The notes under the pieces are model-generated. The model did not search any database and was not told the origin of the DNA. It saw nothing but the letters and a program-made list of their open reading frames with translations. From the NCBI GenBank assembly GCA_025937875.1, contig JAICQM010000001.1, positions 1-47,991 of the forward strand: 47,991 nucleotides of DNA, read 5' to 3'. How positions within the stretch are numbered: position 1 is the first letter of the stretch; each line of letters opens with the position of its first letter. Source of the stretch: Chloroflexota bacterium. GTDB taxonomy: Bacteria > Chloroflexota > Limnocylindria > QHBO01. This document shows, one piece after another, positions 17,901 to 26,728 of this stretch. Both the position numbers and the translations under genes were made by a program.

Positions 17901-18994
17901 ACATCGGCCCCTGGGCCGGTGGCCAGCGTCGACGCGCCGTCGACGTCGACGCCCAGTGACGCAGGGCCCGGCACCGGCGTGGCCCGCAGCGCGGGGTGGC
18001 TCCGCGTCCATTCGGCAATGACGTCGGGGATGCGCGCCGCGGCGGCCTCGGACGCGACGCGGATCGCGTGCTCCATCATTCGGGCCTTGGCGCGTCCATG
18101 GGTCACGATGCTCACCCCTCTCACGCCGAGCAACGGAGCCCCGCCGTAGCGCTCGTAGTCGAACCGCTGCCGGATGCGCTCGAAGCCCGGCTTGAGCGCC
18201 AGGAGCGCCAGCGGCGCCACCGGCCCCTGCTGCAGGTCGGCGCGCAGCGACCGGAAGATGTAGCTCGTCAGGCCCTCGAACAGCTTGATGACCACGTTCC
18301 CTACGAACCCGTCGCAGACCACGACGTCGGCTCGGTGGGCGATCATCTCGTGGGCCTCCACATTGCCGACGAAGTTGAGATCGGCCGAGGCCAGGAGCTC
18401 GTGGGCGGCGCGGGCCAGCGCATCGCCCTTCTCGATCTCCTCGCCGATGTTGAGCAGCCCGATGCGGGGCGCCGGCACATGCAGCACGCGCTCGGCGAAG
18501 ATCGCGCCCATGGCGGCGAACTGGACCAGGTTCTCCGCCGTCGAGTCGACGTTGGCGCCGACGTCCAGCAGCATGATCGGACCGGTGGCGGTAACCATGT
18601 GTGCCGGCAGCGCCGGCCGATCGATGCCCTCGATGCGGCCCAGGCGGAAGACCGCGGCGGCCATGGTGGCGCCGGTCGATCCGGCGCTGACGACAGCGTC
18701 GGCGGCGCCGTCGCGCACCAGGTCGGTCGCCACGCGCACCGAGGCCCGCCGCTTGGAGCGCAGCGCGGCGGCCGGATGCTCCCCCATCTCGATGACCTCG
18801 GGGGCGTCGACGAAGGTGACGCTCGCCGGCCGTCCGCGGCCGTAGTCGGCGATCTCGCGCTCCATCCGGGGAACGTCGCCGACGAGGATCACCTCGTCGG
18901 CGTTGGCGGCGGCGTAGTTGATGGCACCGCGCACGACCTCGCGGGGGGCGTGGTCGCCGCCCATCGCGTCGACGGCGATGCGCATGACGCTCAA
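17897..18994 (-). CDS. plsX: phosphate acyltransferase
   Basis: MRIAVDAMGGDHAP, GFVGNVVIKL and the rest match PlsX. It has a C-terminal extension of roughly 35 aa. Confidence 0.95.
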   Translation of the reverse strand: MSVMRIAVDAMGGDHAPREVVRGAINYAAANADEVILVGDVPRMEREIADYGRGRPASVTFVDAPEVIEMGEHPAAALRSKRRASVRVATDLVRDGAADAVVSAGSTGATMAAAVFRLGRIEGIDRPALPAHMVTATGPIMLLDVGANVDSTAENLVQFAAMGAIFAERVLHVPAPRIGLLNIGEEIEKGDALARAAHELLASADLNFVGNVEAHEMIAHRADVVVCDGFVGNVVIKLFEGLTSYIFRSLRADLQQGPVAPLALLALKPGFERIRQRFDYERYGGAPLLGVRGVSIVTHGRAKARMMEHAIRVASEAAAARIPDVIAEWTRSHPALRATPVPGPASLGVDVDGASTLATGPGADV

Positions 18995-19019
18995 CGCCCG
19001 ACGCGTCTCATGGAAGGGA

Positions 19020-19223
19020 CTACCGCTGCCCCTCTGCCGCGGAGGGCTGCTCGATGGGCATCGCCTCGCGGCCGTCGTAGTAGCCGCAGGTCGGGCAGAC
19101 GTGATGCGCGCGCTTCAGCTCGTGGCAGTGATCGCACTCCACGAGGGCCGGCGCGCTGATGGCCAGGTGAGCGCGACGCTCGCCCTGGCGGGCCTTGGAT
19201 ACTTTGCGCTTGGGGACGCCCAC
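19020..19223 (-). CDS. rpmF: 50S ribosomal protein L32 (Cys-rich zinc-ribbon form)
   Basis: GVPKRKVSKARQGERRAH and CxxC...CxxC. GTG start with GGAG upstream. Confidence 0.95.
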   Translation of the reverse strand: MGVPKRKVSKARQGERRAHLAISAPALVECDHCHELKRAHHVCPTCGYYDGREAMPIEQPSAAEGQR

Positions 19224-19260
19224 GCGTGACTCCTGAACGAAGAGGGACTGGGAACGCCGC

Positions 19261-19266
19261 AGTATA
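19261..19266 (-). promoter_or_regulatory. candidate -10 box TATACT for rpmF
   Basis: The minus strand reads TTGGCC-19 nt-TATACTgc, 38 nt upstream of the rpmF GTG. Confidence 0.45.
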
Positions 19267-19298
19267 GCCGCGACGGTCGCGGGCTGGCCAACGGCGGA

Positions 19299-19832
19299 TC
19301 AGTCGTCGCGATCGAGGAGCGCGGCCAGGCCGGCCAGGCGGGGGTCGATATCGTCCTCTGCGTGGTCGTGAGGTCCATCGGCCAGCGACCGCCCGCAGAC
19401 GGTGCACAGCCCCGGGCAGTCGGGGCGGCACAGCGGATGCATCGGCTCGGTGAGCGCCAGCTCGTCGTGGAGGAGGGGTCGCAGGTCCACCTCATGGTGG
19501 GCGTCGATGCGCTGGATTTCGGCGTCCTCGGCCGCGATGCCGACCGGTGCCCCGCTGGCGGGGTCGATCGTCGGCAGGTACTCCTCGTCCAGCGTGACCT
19601 CGACGTCCTCGACGAACGTGTCGAGGCAGCGCGCGCAGGTGCGCAGGATGGGGGCCTGCACGCGCCCGCGCACCAGGATCCCGCGGTTCGTCCGCTGCAG
19701 GCGCAGGTCGGCGTCAAGTGGCCCGGCGAGCTCGACGTCCGGGCCGAGGGTGACGTATCGATCACGCAGCCGCGCCTCGCGCGCCTCGCCGGGCGGCTCC
19801 TGGAGGAGCCCGGCGACGTTGAAGGAGGTCAT
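19299..19832 (-). CDS. DUF177 (YceD-family) protein
   Basis: C-terminal CRPDCPGLCTVCG motif and its position directly upstream of rpmF. Trimmed to ATG 19832 (MTSFNVAGLL), which forms an ATGA overlap with the upstream gene. Confidence 0.85.
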   Translation of the reverse strand: MTSFNVAGLLQEPPGEAREARLRDRYVTLGPDVELAGPLDADLRLQRTNRGILVRGRVQAPILRTCARCLDTFVEDVEVTLDEEYLPTIDPASGAPVGIAAEDAEIQRIDAHHEVDLRPLLHDELALTEPMHPLCRPDCPGLCTVCGRSLADGPHDHAEDDIDPRLAGLAALLDRDD

Positions 19833-20359
19833 GGTCGCGGCGTGGATTCCGCCTCCTGCGCAATGCCCTCGGCCGCCTCGGCCAGCGCGGCGGCGCCGCT
19901 TCCCTCTGCCGGGCGGTAGCGGTCGTCGAGCATGTCGAGGCCGCGCTTGATGCTGGTCAGGGCCTTGATGCATTCGCCCTCGAGCCGGATGAGCACCCCG
20001 GCCGCATATTCGTCCGCGCCGCGCCGCACCTCGCTGGCCTCGTTCTGGGCGGCGTCGATGAGCTCGGCGGCTCGCTGCTGCGCCATCTGCACCAGCTCCC
20101 GCTCCTCGAGCATCTGGGCCGCCTGCGCCTGGGCGCGGGCGATCACCTGGTCGCCCTCCTCGCGGGCGCGCTCCGCGATACGCGTTGCCTCCTCGGTGAT
20201 GCGCTTCGCCTGGCGGACCTCGTCGGGCACCGAGACCCGTAGCTGGTCGATGAGCTCGAGCACCGCCGCCTGGTCCAGCACGACGTTGTTGGTGAGCGGG
20301 AGCTTCTTGCCGGCGGCCACGAGCGACTCGAGGCGCTCGACGAGGAAGATGATGTCCGT
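19829..20359 (-). CDS. conserved coiled-coil protein of unknown function (ATPase subunit b / DivIVA-like heptads)
   Basis: Track ORF starts at GTG 20320. Thirteen further in-frame codons (TDIIFLVERLESL, 100 percent GC3) lie behind a GGAGG at 20369-20365. No ATG/GTG/TTG is present there. ACG 20359 or ATC 20353/20350 are the candidate starts. Confidence 0.6.
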   Translation of the reverse strand, partial: TDIIFLVERLESLVAAGKKLPLTNNVVLDQAAVLELIDQLRVSVPDEVRQAKRITEEATRIAERAREEGDQVIARAQAQAAQMLEERELVQMAQQRAAELIDAAQNEASEVRRGADEYAAGVLIRLEGECIKALTSIKRGLDMLDDRYRPAEGSGAAALAEAAEGIAQEAESTPRP

Positions 20360-20471
20360 GGCGGCCTCCGTTTCCTTCGCATGCAGCGGTTCGCCGTTCC
20401 GCGGATCATACCGTCGCCCAGCCGCGAGCGTCCACGCTCACGGCGGCCTCGCGGCCGCCGAGGGTCGATCG

Positions 20472-20960
20472 TCAGCCGGCGGCGAACCGCTCGCGCAGGG
20501 CACTGGCGACCGGCGGCGGCACCATCCCGTCGATCTCGCCGCCGAACTGGGCCACCTCCTTGGCGAGCGTCGAGGACAGGTAGCCGAACTCGAGCGCGCT
20601 CATCAGGAACGCTGTGTCGATCTCGGGGGCCAGCTTGCGGTTGGTGTGTGCCATCTGGAGCTCTGCCTCGAAGTCGCTTACCGCGCGCAGGCCGCGGACG
20701 ACGAAGCTGGCGCCGCTGCGGCGGGCGAACTCGACCGTCAGGCCGTCGAAGGCCTCGACGCGGACGTGGTCGCCGAGATCGGCCACCGAGGCCCGGATGA
20801 GCCCCACCCGCTCGTCGATCGCGAAGATCGGCTGCTTCTTCGTGTTGTTGAGGACCCCCACCACCAGCCCGTCGAACAGCGTCGCCGCGCGGCGTGCCAC
20901 GTCGAGGTGCGCGTTGGTCATGGGGTCGAATGAGCCGGGGAAGACGGCGATGCGGCTCAA
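20472..20960 (-). CDS. coaD: phosphopantetheine adenylyltransferase
   Basis: AVFPGSFDPMTNAHLDV and the rest of the protein match CoaD. Confidence 0.95.
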   Translation of the reverse strand: MSRIAVFPGSFDPMTNAHLDVARRAATLFDGLVVGVLNNTKKQPIFAIDERVGLIRASVADLGDHVRVEAFDGLTVEFARRSGASFVVRGLRAVSDFEAELQMAHTNRKLAPEIDTAFLMSALEFGYLSSTLAKEVAQFGGEIDGMVPPPVASALRERFAAG

Positions 20961-21505
20961 GATGGATCCTCCTCGCTGGCCAGGAAGGTGAGGGTCGTCT
21001 CCCCGAAGCGCCGCTCGCGGTTAGCGACGAGGCCGGCGACCTCCGGCACGTCTGTCCGCCAGAAGTGCTTCACCACCACCATCGCCTCCGGGGCGAGGAG
21101 CGGCACCAGCGCTCGGAGCGGCGCGAGGATAGCACGCTCGGCATACGGCGGATCGAGGACGACCAGGTCGTACCGATCGTTTCCGACGCGGTCCAGGAAG
21201 CGATCGACCGCCTCGACGTGCACCGATGCGGCCTCCGCCAGCCGCGTCTTCTCCAGATTGGACCGGATCACCGCGGCCACGTCGCGGCCGCGCTCAACGA
21301 AGGTCGCATGGGCCGCCCCGCGGGAGAGAGCCTCGATGCCGATGGCCCCGCTGCCCGCGTACAGGTCGAGCACGCGTGCGTCGAGCACGCGCGCCCCGAT
21401 GATGCCGAAGAGCGTCTCCTTGACCCGATCGGTGATCGGCCGGGTGGCACGGTCGCGGGGCGCAGTGAGCGGCACGCCGCGCGCGACGCCGGCGATCACG
21501 CGCAT
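20957..21505 (-). CDS. rsmD: 16S rRNA (guanine966-N2)-methyltransferase
   Basis: RPITDRVKETLF, LDLYAGSGAIGIEALSRGA and DPPY motifs. Shows the rsmD-coaD pairing. Confidence 0.9.
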   Translation of the reverse strand: MRVIAGVARGVPLTAPRDRATRPITDRVKETLFGIIGARVLDARVLDLYAGSGAIGIEALSRGAAHATFVERGRDVAAVIRSNLEKTRLAEAASVHVEAVDRFLDRVGNDRYDLVVLDPPYAERAILAPLRALVPLLAPEAMVVVKHFWRTDVPEVAGLVANRERRFGETTLTFLASEEDPS

Positions 21506-21508
21506 CGG

Positions 21509-23605
21509 TCAGTTGCCATCGGCGTCGTCGCCCTCCTCGCGCGCGACGAACTCGGCCTGGGCGCGCGCCAGCGCCGGGCGCCCTGAGAGGGTGGGATCGG
21601 TCTCAAGCAGGCGGTCGGCGAGGTCCTTGGCGGCCCACGCCAGGCGGATGTGGCGTGGCTCGAAGAGGCTGGCGACGCGGAGCGGCGGCAGGCCGGCCTG
21701 GCGGGTACCGAGCAGGTTGCCCGCGCCGCGAAGGGCGAGGTCGGCCTCGGCGATGACGAACCCGTCGTTCGACCCGCGCAGCACCTCGAGCCGCTCGCGG
21801 CTGCGCTCGTCGGTGGCGTCGGAGAGCAGGATGCAGTACGAGCGCTGCGTGCCACGTCCGACGCGGCCGCGGAGCTGGTGGAGCTGTGCCAGCCCGAAGC
21901 GCTCCGCATCCTCGATGAGGATCACGCTGGCGTTGGGGATGTCGATGCCGACCTCGATGACGGTCGTGGCGACCAGGACGTCGAGCTCGCCCGCCGCGAA
22001 TCGGGCCATCGTCCCGTCGCGCAGCTCGGCCTTCTGCTGGCCATGGACGATGCCGATTCGCAGGGCCGGCAGCGCGTCGCGCAGACGCTCCGCCTCGGCC
22101 TCGGCCGAGGCCGCCTCGAGTGCGGCCGACTCCGCGACCAGCGGTACCACCACGAACGACTGCCGGCCCTCGCGTGCCTCATCGGCCAGGAACTGCTGGA
22201 TCTTCGGCAGCGCCGACCGGTCCCGGATCTCGGTGCGCACCGGCTGCCGCCCGGGTGGCAGCTCCCGGATGCTGCTGATGGCGAGGTCGCCGTAGAACGT
22301 CAGCGCCAGCGTGCGCGGGATGGGCGTGGCGGTGAGTGCCAGGACGTGCGGGTCGCGCTCCCCCGCCTTGGCCTGCAGCGCGGCGCGCTGGGCGACGCCG
22401 AAGCGATGCTGCTCGTCGACCACCGCCAGGCCGAGGCGCGGCAGTTCGACCCCGTCGCTGATGACCGCGTGGGTGCCGATCACCACGTCCGCCATCCCGG
22501 CGGCGAGCTTCTCGTGGACGTCGCGCCGTCGCGCGGCGCCCAGCGAGCCGGACAGAAACTCGGCCCGCACCCCCAGCGCGTCGAGCAGCGGGGCCAGGCC
22601 GGCGTGGTGCTGGCGCGCCAGGATCTCGGTCGGCGCCATCAGCGCGCCCTGCCAGCCACCGCGCACCGTGGCGGCCAGCGCGATCGCCGCCACCGCGGTC
22701 TTGCCACTGCCAACGTCGCCCTGGAGCAGCCGTCGCATCGGTCGCGAGGTGGCGAGGTCGGCCAGCACCTCGTTGACCGCCGTGCGCTGGTCACCGGTCA
22801 GCTCGAACGGCAGCGCACCCAGCAGCGATCCGAGCTCGGCCGCGTCGACGGCGATGCGCGGCGCCTTCTGCCCGCTGCGAGCGCGACGCGCCCTGGCCAG
22901 GGTGAGCTGCAGGGCCAGCAGCTCGTCGAAGGCGAGGCGGTCGAGTGCGGCATCGACATCGGCTGCCTGTTCCGGAAAGTGCACGGTGCCCAGCGCATCG
23001 GCGAGCCGCGGCAGGCGGTCTCGCTCGGCATCGGTCAATGGGTCATCGAGCGCCGGCAAGGCACGTTCCAGGATGCGCGCCAGCAGCTCGCGGACCCGCT
23101 TCTGGGTGAGGCCTCCGGCCAGGGGATACACCGGTACCACCCGCGCCGTGTGGACCGATTCACGCCCCACCGGCGTGAACTCCGGCGACGTGAACTGCGG
23201 GCGCCAGCCGCGCATGGTCACCTTGCCGCTGATGACGACCTCGTCGCCGGTCGTCAGCCGCCGCTCGACGAATCGTCGTCCGAACCACACCGCCTCCGCG
23301 CTGCCGCTGTCGTCGGTGAGCTGCGCGATCACGCGCTGCGGCCGCCGTCCGAATCCGGGTTCGATCTTGACCGTCCCGATGCGCACCACCGCCGACTGCT
23401 TCTCGTCGGGCGCCAGGTCACCGAGCTTGCGCAGCTCGCTGAAGTCGTCGTAGCGGAACGGGAGGTGGAAGATCGCCTCGCGCGGAGTAGTGATGCCGAG
23501 GCGCTTGAGGGCGGCGGACTGGCGGGCCAAGTCGGGCATCGCCGACCGGATCGGCCGATCGAGCTCCTCGGGGCTGAGGGCCTGAGCGGTGCTCGCGGCG
23601 GTCAC
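21509..23605 (-). CDS. recG: ATP-dependent DNA helicase RecG
   Basis: Wedge/OB N-terminus, GDVGSGKT, DEQHRFG, TATPIPRT, QLHQLRGRVGRG. Start set to GTG 23605, because the track start at 23707 would sit 5 nt from the divergent rpmB. ATG 23539 is an alternative. Confidence 0.93.
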   Translation of the reverse strand: MTAASTAQALSPEELDRPIRSAMPDLARQSAALKRLGITTPREAIFHLPFRYDDFSELRKLGDLAPDEKQSAVVRIGTVKIEPGFGRRPQRVIAQLTDDSGSAEAVWFGRRFVERRLTTGDEVVISGKVTMRGWRPQFTSPEFTPVGRESVHTARVVPVYPLAGGLTQKRVRELLARILERALPALDDPLTDAERDRLPRLADALGTVHFPEQAADVDAALDRLAFDELLALQLTLARARRARSGQKAPRIAVDAAELGSLLGALPFELTGDQRTAVNEVLADLATSRPMRRLLQGDVGSGKTAVAAIALAATVRGGWQGALMAPTEILARQHHAGLAPLLDALGVRAEFLSGSLGAARRRDVHEKLAAGMADVVIGTHAVISDGVELPRLGLAVVDEQHRFGVAQRAALQAKAGERDPHVLALTATPIPRTLALTFYGDLAISSIRELPPGRQPVRTEIRDRSALPKIQQFLADEAREGRQSFVVVPLVAESAALEAASAEAEAERLRDALPALRIGIVHGQQKAELRDGTMARFAAGELDVLVATTVIEVGIDIPNASVILIEDAERFGLAQLHQLRGRVGRGTQRSYCILLSDATDERSRERLEVLRGSNDGFVIAEADLALRGAGNLLGTRQAGLPPLRVASLFEPRHIRLAWAAKDLADRLLETDPTLSGRPALARAQAEFVAREEGDDADGN

Positions 23606-23635
23606 GCCCGGCCCGGGCCGCTCGATTGCATGGCC

Positions 23636-23657
23636 CGATCGTAGCGTGCTACGATCG
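23636..23657. promoter_or_regulatory. perfect 10+10 bp palindrome CGATCGTAGC-gt-GCTACGATCG in the recG/rpmB divergent region
   Basis: Read directly from the sequence. Each arm contains TACGAT, a -10-like hexamer facing recG (23643-23638) and rpmB (23650-23655). Confidence 0.45.
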
Positions 23658-23712
23658 CTGCCGCTCCGGCGCCAGGCGCCGGTCGTTTCATGAATGGAGC
23701 ACTCCACCCCCC

Positions 23713-23904
23713 ATGGCTCGCACCTGTGACATCTGCGGCAAGAAGCCCATCACCGGCTGGAATCCCCAGTCGGTCGGCATGAACCGCAAGCGTGCCCTGC
23801 GCCGCTGGCTGCCGAACCTGCAGCCGATGACCGTCACCACCGGCGGCACGACCAAGAAGATCCAGGCCTGCAGCCGCTGCATCCGGACCGCCCAGAAGGT
23901 CTGA
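23713..23904 (+). CDS. rpmB: 50S ribosomal protein L28 (Cys-containing form)
   Basis: MARTCDICGKKPITG...CSRC. ATG 23713 lies within track ORF 23626..23904. Confidence 0.94.
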   Translation: MARTCDICGKKPITGWNPQSVGMNRKRALRRWLPNLQPMTVTTGGTTKKIQACSRCIRTAQKV

Positions 23905-23927
23905 CGTTCACCTGCGGAAGACCGATG

Positions 23928-23960
23928 CGCCCGCGTCAGCCGACGCGGGCGTAGTTGTGT
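23928..23960 (+). terminator. intrinsic-terminator-like hairpin between the convergent rpmB and dtd
   Basis: CGCCCGCGTC-agcc-GACGCGGGCG (10 bp perfect stem), followed by TAGTTGTGT. Confidence 0.6.
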
Positions 23961-23973
23961 CCGGGCGGCGGGC

Positions 23974-24414
23974 TCACTCCGCGTCGATGACCAGCGTGAA
24001 CGGGCCATCGTTGACGAGCTCCAGCTCCATCGCGGCGCCGAAGCGCCCGGTCGTGACCGGGACGCCCGCGGCCGCCAACCGCGCGGCGAAGCGTTTGACG
24101 AGCGGCTCGGCAACCTCCGGCGGCGCGGCGTCGGTGAAACCCGGACGGCGCCCGCGCCGCGTGTCGGCATACAGCGTGAACTGGCTCACCACCAGGAACG
24201 ACCCGCCCGCCTCGGCGATCGAGCGATTCGTCCGACCGGTATCGTCGGGGAAGTAGCGCAGGCCGAGCAGCCGGTCCGCCGTGCGATCGACCCTGGTCTC
24301 GTCATCGCCGCCGCCGATCCCCACCAGCACCACCGCGCCACCACCGATCTCGCCGATCAGCGCGCCGTCGACGCGGACCGCCGCCCGCGTCACGCGCTGC
24401 ACCACGAGTCGCAT
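23974..24414 (-). CDS. dtd: D-aminoacyl-tRNA deacylase
   Basis: MRLVVQRV, SQFTLYADT.RGRRP, and GAAMELELVNDGPFTL. Confidence 0.95.
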   Translation of the reverse strand: MRLVVQRVTRAAVRVDGALIGEIGGGAVVLVGIGGGDDETRVDRTADRLLGLRYFPDDTGRTNRSIAEAGGSFLVVSQFTLYADTRRGRRPGFTDAAPPEVAEPLVKRFAARLAAAGVPVTTGRFGAAMELELVNDGPFTLVIDAE

Positions 24415-24420
24415 CGGTTG

Positions 24421-26025
24421 CTAAGGAGAGGCGGACGGTGCGACCGATGCCGCCGGGGCGGCCGAGGTCAGCGGCCCCGCGTCCTCGCCCTCGCGTGGCG
24501 GGTCGAGCGCCGCCTCGGTGAAGCGCGCCCGCGCGTTCCAGATCATCCAGCCCGAGCCGCCGTTGTCGGCCACGGCGTCCATCTCGGCCCGCACCTGGGC
24601 CGCCGTGTACGGTGCGAACGCCCCGTAGCCGAAGTCCTGGATCCAGGGCCGGATCGAGACCGGGAGGCCGGCCGCCTGGCGATTCATGATCTGGAGCGTC
24701 TGGTCGATGACCTCGTACGGATGGTTGTTGGGGACCGGGAAGCCGAACACCCCGGGCCCGTAGTGCGACGGGTAGACCATGGGGCAGAAGTAGTCGACGT
24801 AGGGCATGATCACCTCCGGCCGCTGCCCGATCCCCTGGTCGTCGGGGACGATGAAGGCGATCGGGAAGACGTCGGCTCCCAGGAACGCCTTCTCGCGCAC
24901 CATTCGCTCGCTCACGACGCGCATCACGCGCTCGATGGCCGGCAGCCGGAACGACTGGGTGTTGGGCAGGTTGGTGTCGGCGACGTCGTACGGGCCGTCG
25001 CTGTAGAACCGGATGTAGTCCAGCTGCACTTCGTCGAAGCCCTTGTCGGCGAGGTCACCGGCCAGGGCCGCGAGGTACTCCCCCACCCCCGGCGCGCTGG
25101 GGTCGAGCCAGGCGCCGCCGATGTTGTCGCGCCACGGCTCGCCGGTGCGCACGTTCATCACCGCCAGCTCGGGTCGCGCCGCGGCGGTCGTGTTGTCCTT
25201 CATGGCGACCATGCGGGCGATGGTGTAGATGCCGCGCTCCTTGAGCGCGGGCAGCAGCTCCTTTAGGTCGAACAGCGGGTTCTCGCGCACCGCGCCCGCC
25301 TCCACCGCCGCGTCGAGCTCGGTGGCCCAGTAGATCTTGCCGTCGGTCTCCTTGACGTCGATGACCATCGCGTTGGCGTGCGTGCTCTCGACGAGCTCGA
25401 GCAGCTCATCGAGACGGCCCGGACCCTCGAAGACGGCGGACGGCGCGTACAGGGCACGCACCTCGAACGGCTCCATCGCGACGTCCTTGACCATGGCGGC
25501 GTCGATCGCGATCTCGCCAAGCCGGTAGCCCGCGCGCTTGTAGATCAGCGTCCCGGCCTCGGGGACGCCCGCCAGCCGGTAGCTGCCCTCCTCGTCGGTC
25601 GTGGCCAGGTCGCCGTCCTCCTGGCCGTCGACGAAGACGCGCACGCCGGCCAGCGGAGATCCCGTCTCGTCGGTGACGGTCCCGATCAGGGTGTTGTCGC
25701 GCAGCTCGATCCGCAGGTCCCCCTCGGGCGGGACGCTGCCGGAGCCGGCGTCGTACCCATCGGCCACGGCCTCCACCTCGGCACCGACGAGCGCGGTGAG
25801 GGTCACCGTCCCGGCCGCGTCGGCCGACAGCTCGTCGCCGTCGATCGATACGACGGCATTCGGGATGGGGTCGCCGCTGGCACGGTCGAGCGCAATCACC
25901 GTCACCTCGCGCGGCGGGACCGGGGTCGGCGAGGCGGCGGGCGGCAGCGGCCCGTCCTCGCCGCAGGCCGCGAGCAGCACGACGAGGATGAGGAAACCGA
26001 GGGGGGATCGCGAGCGGGTCAGCAT
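24421..26025 (-). CDS. putative glycoside-hydrolase lipoprotein (DUF4015-like TIM barrel with N-terminal carboxypeptidase-regulatory-like domains)
   Basis: Lipobox LLAAC after MLTRSRSPLGFLILVV (ATG 26025). GTVTDETGSPLAGVRVFVDG...TTDEEGSYRLAGVP repeats. The C-terminal MVIDVKETDGKIYW...QLDYIRF...PMVYPSHY resembles the DUF4015 family from memory. Confidence 0.65.
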   Translation of the reverse strand: MLTRSRSPLGFLILVVLLAACGEDGPLPPAASPTPVPPREVTVIALDRASGDPIPNAVVSIDGDELSADAAGTVTLTALVGAEVEAVADGYDAGSGSVPPEGDLRIELRDNTLIGTVTDETGSPLAGVRVFVDGQEDGDLATTDEEGSYRLAGVPEAGTLIYKRAGYRLGEIAIDAAMVKDVAMEPFEVRALYAPSAVFEGPGRLDELLELVESTHANAMVIDVKETDGKIYWATELDAAVEAGAVRENPLFDLKELLPALKERGIYTIARMVAMKDNTTAAARPELAVMNVRTGEPWRDNIGGAWLDPSAPGVGEYLAALAGDLADKGFDEVQLDYIRFYSDGPYDVADTNLPNTQSFRLPAIERVMRVVSERMVREKAFLGADVFPIAFIVPDDQGIGQRPEVIMPYVDYFCPMVYPSHYGPGVFGFPVPNNHPYEVIDQTLQIMNRQAAGLPVSIRPWIQDFGYGAFAPYTAAQVRAEMDAVADNGGSGWMIWNARARFTEAALDPPREGEDAGPLTSAAPAASVAPSASP

Positions 26026-26053
26026 GTCACCTTGGGGCAGCGGGATGGTGGGT

Positions 26054-26728
26054 TCAGGTGTCGGCGAGGGCGAGGCGGCGGAGGTCGGCCACGGCCGGTC
26101 CGAGGTCGCCGGGATGACGATACAGCCCCGAGCCGACGACCAACACCGATCCCCCGGCGGCATGCGCCGCCCCGATCGTCTCGTCGTTGACGCCGCCGTC
26201 GACGCCGATCGGCAGGTCGAGCCCGCGGCGCTCGATCTCGTCGCGCAGCCACGCCATCTTGGGCAGAACGTCGTCGCGGAACGGCTGGCCGCCCCAGCCG
26301 GGCTGGACGGTCATCACCAGCAGCAGCTCGATGCGGTCGAGGTAGGGCGTGATGTCCTCGACCGGCGTATCGGGGTTGAGCGAGAGGCCGGGAACCTTGC
26401 CCGCGGCACGAATGGCATCGACGACCTGCCCCGGATCGTCATCGGCCTCGACGTGGGCCACGATGAGGTCGCTGCCGGCCTCCGCGAAGGCGTCGATGTA
26501 AGCGAGCGGACGGCTGATCATGAGGTGGCTGTGGAACGGCAGCGCCGCATGCGGCCGCAGCGCCTCGACGACGACCGGCCCGATGGTGATGTTGTCGACG
26601 AAGTGGCCGTCCATGACGTCGAGGTGGATCGAGTCGACCCCGCCGTCGACGGCGCGTCGCACCTCCTGGCCCAGGCGCGCGAAGTCGGCATTCAGGATGG
26701 ACGCGCTGATCTGCAGGTCGTCGCTCAT
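26054..26728 (-). CDS. rpe: ribulose-phosphate 3-epimerase
   Basis: SILNADFARLGQEV, HLDVMDGHFV, MTVQPGWGGQ. Trimmed to ATG 26728, which forms an ATGA overlap with rlmN. Confidence 0.95.
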   Translation of the reverse strand: MSDDLQISASILNADFARLGQEVRRAVDGGVDSIHLDVMDGHFVDNITIGPVVVEALRPHAALPFHSHLMISRPLAYIDAFAEAGSDLIVAHVEADDDPGQVVDAIRAAGKVPGLSLNPDTPVEDITPYLDRIELLLVMTVQPGWGGQPFRDDVLPKMAWLRDEIERRGLDLPIGVDGGVNDETIGAAHAAGGSVLVVGSGLYRHPGDLGPAVADLRRLALADT

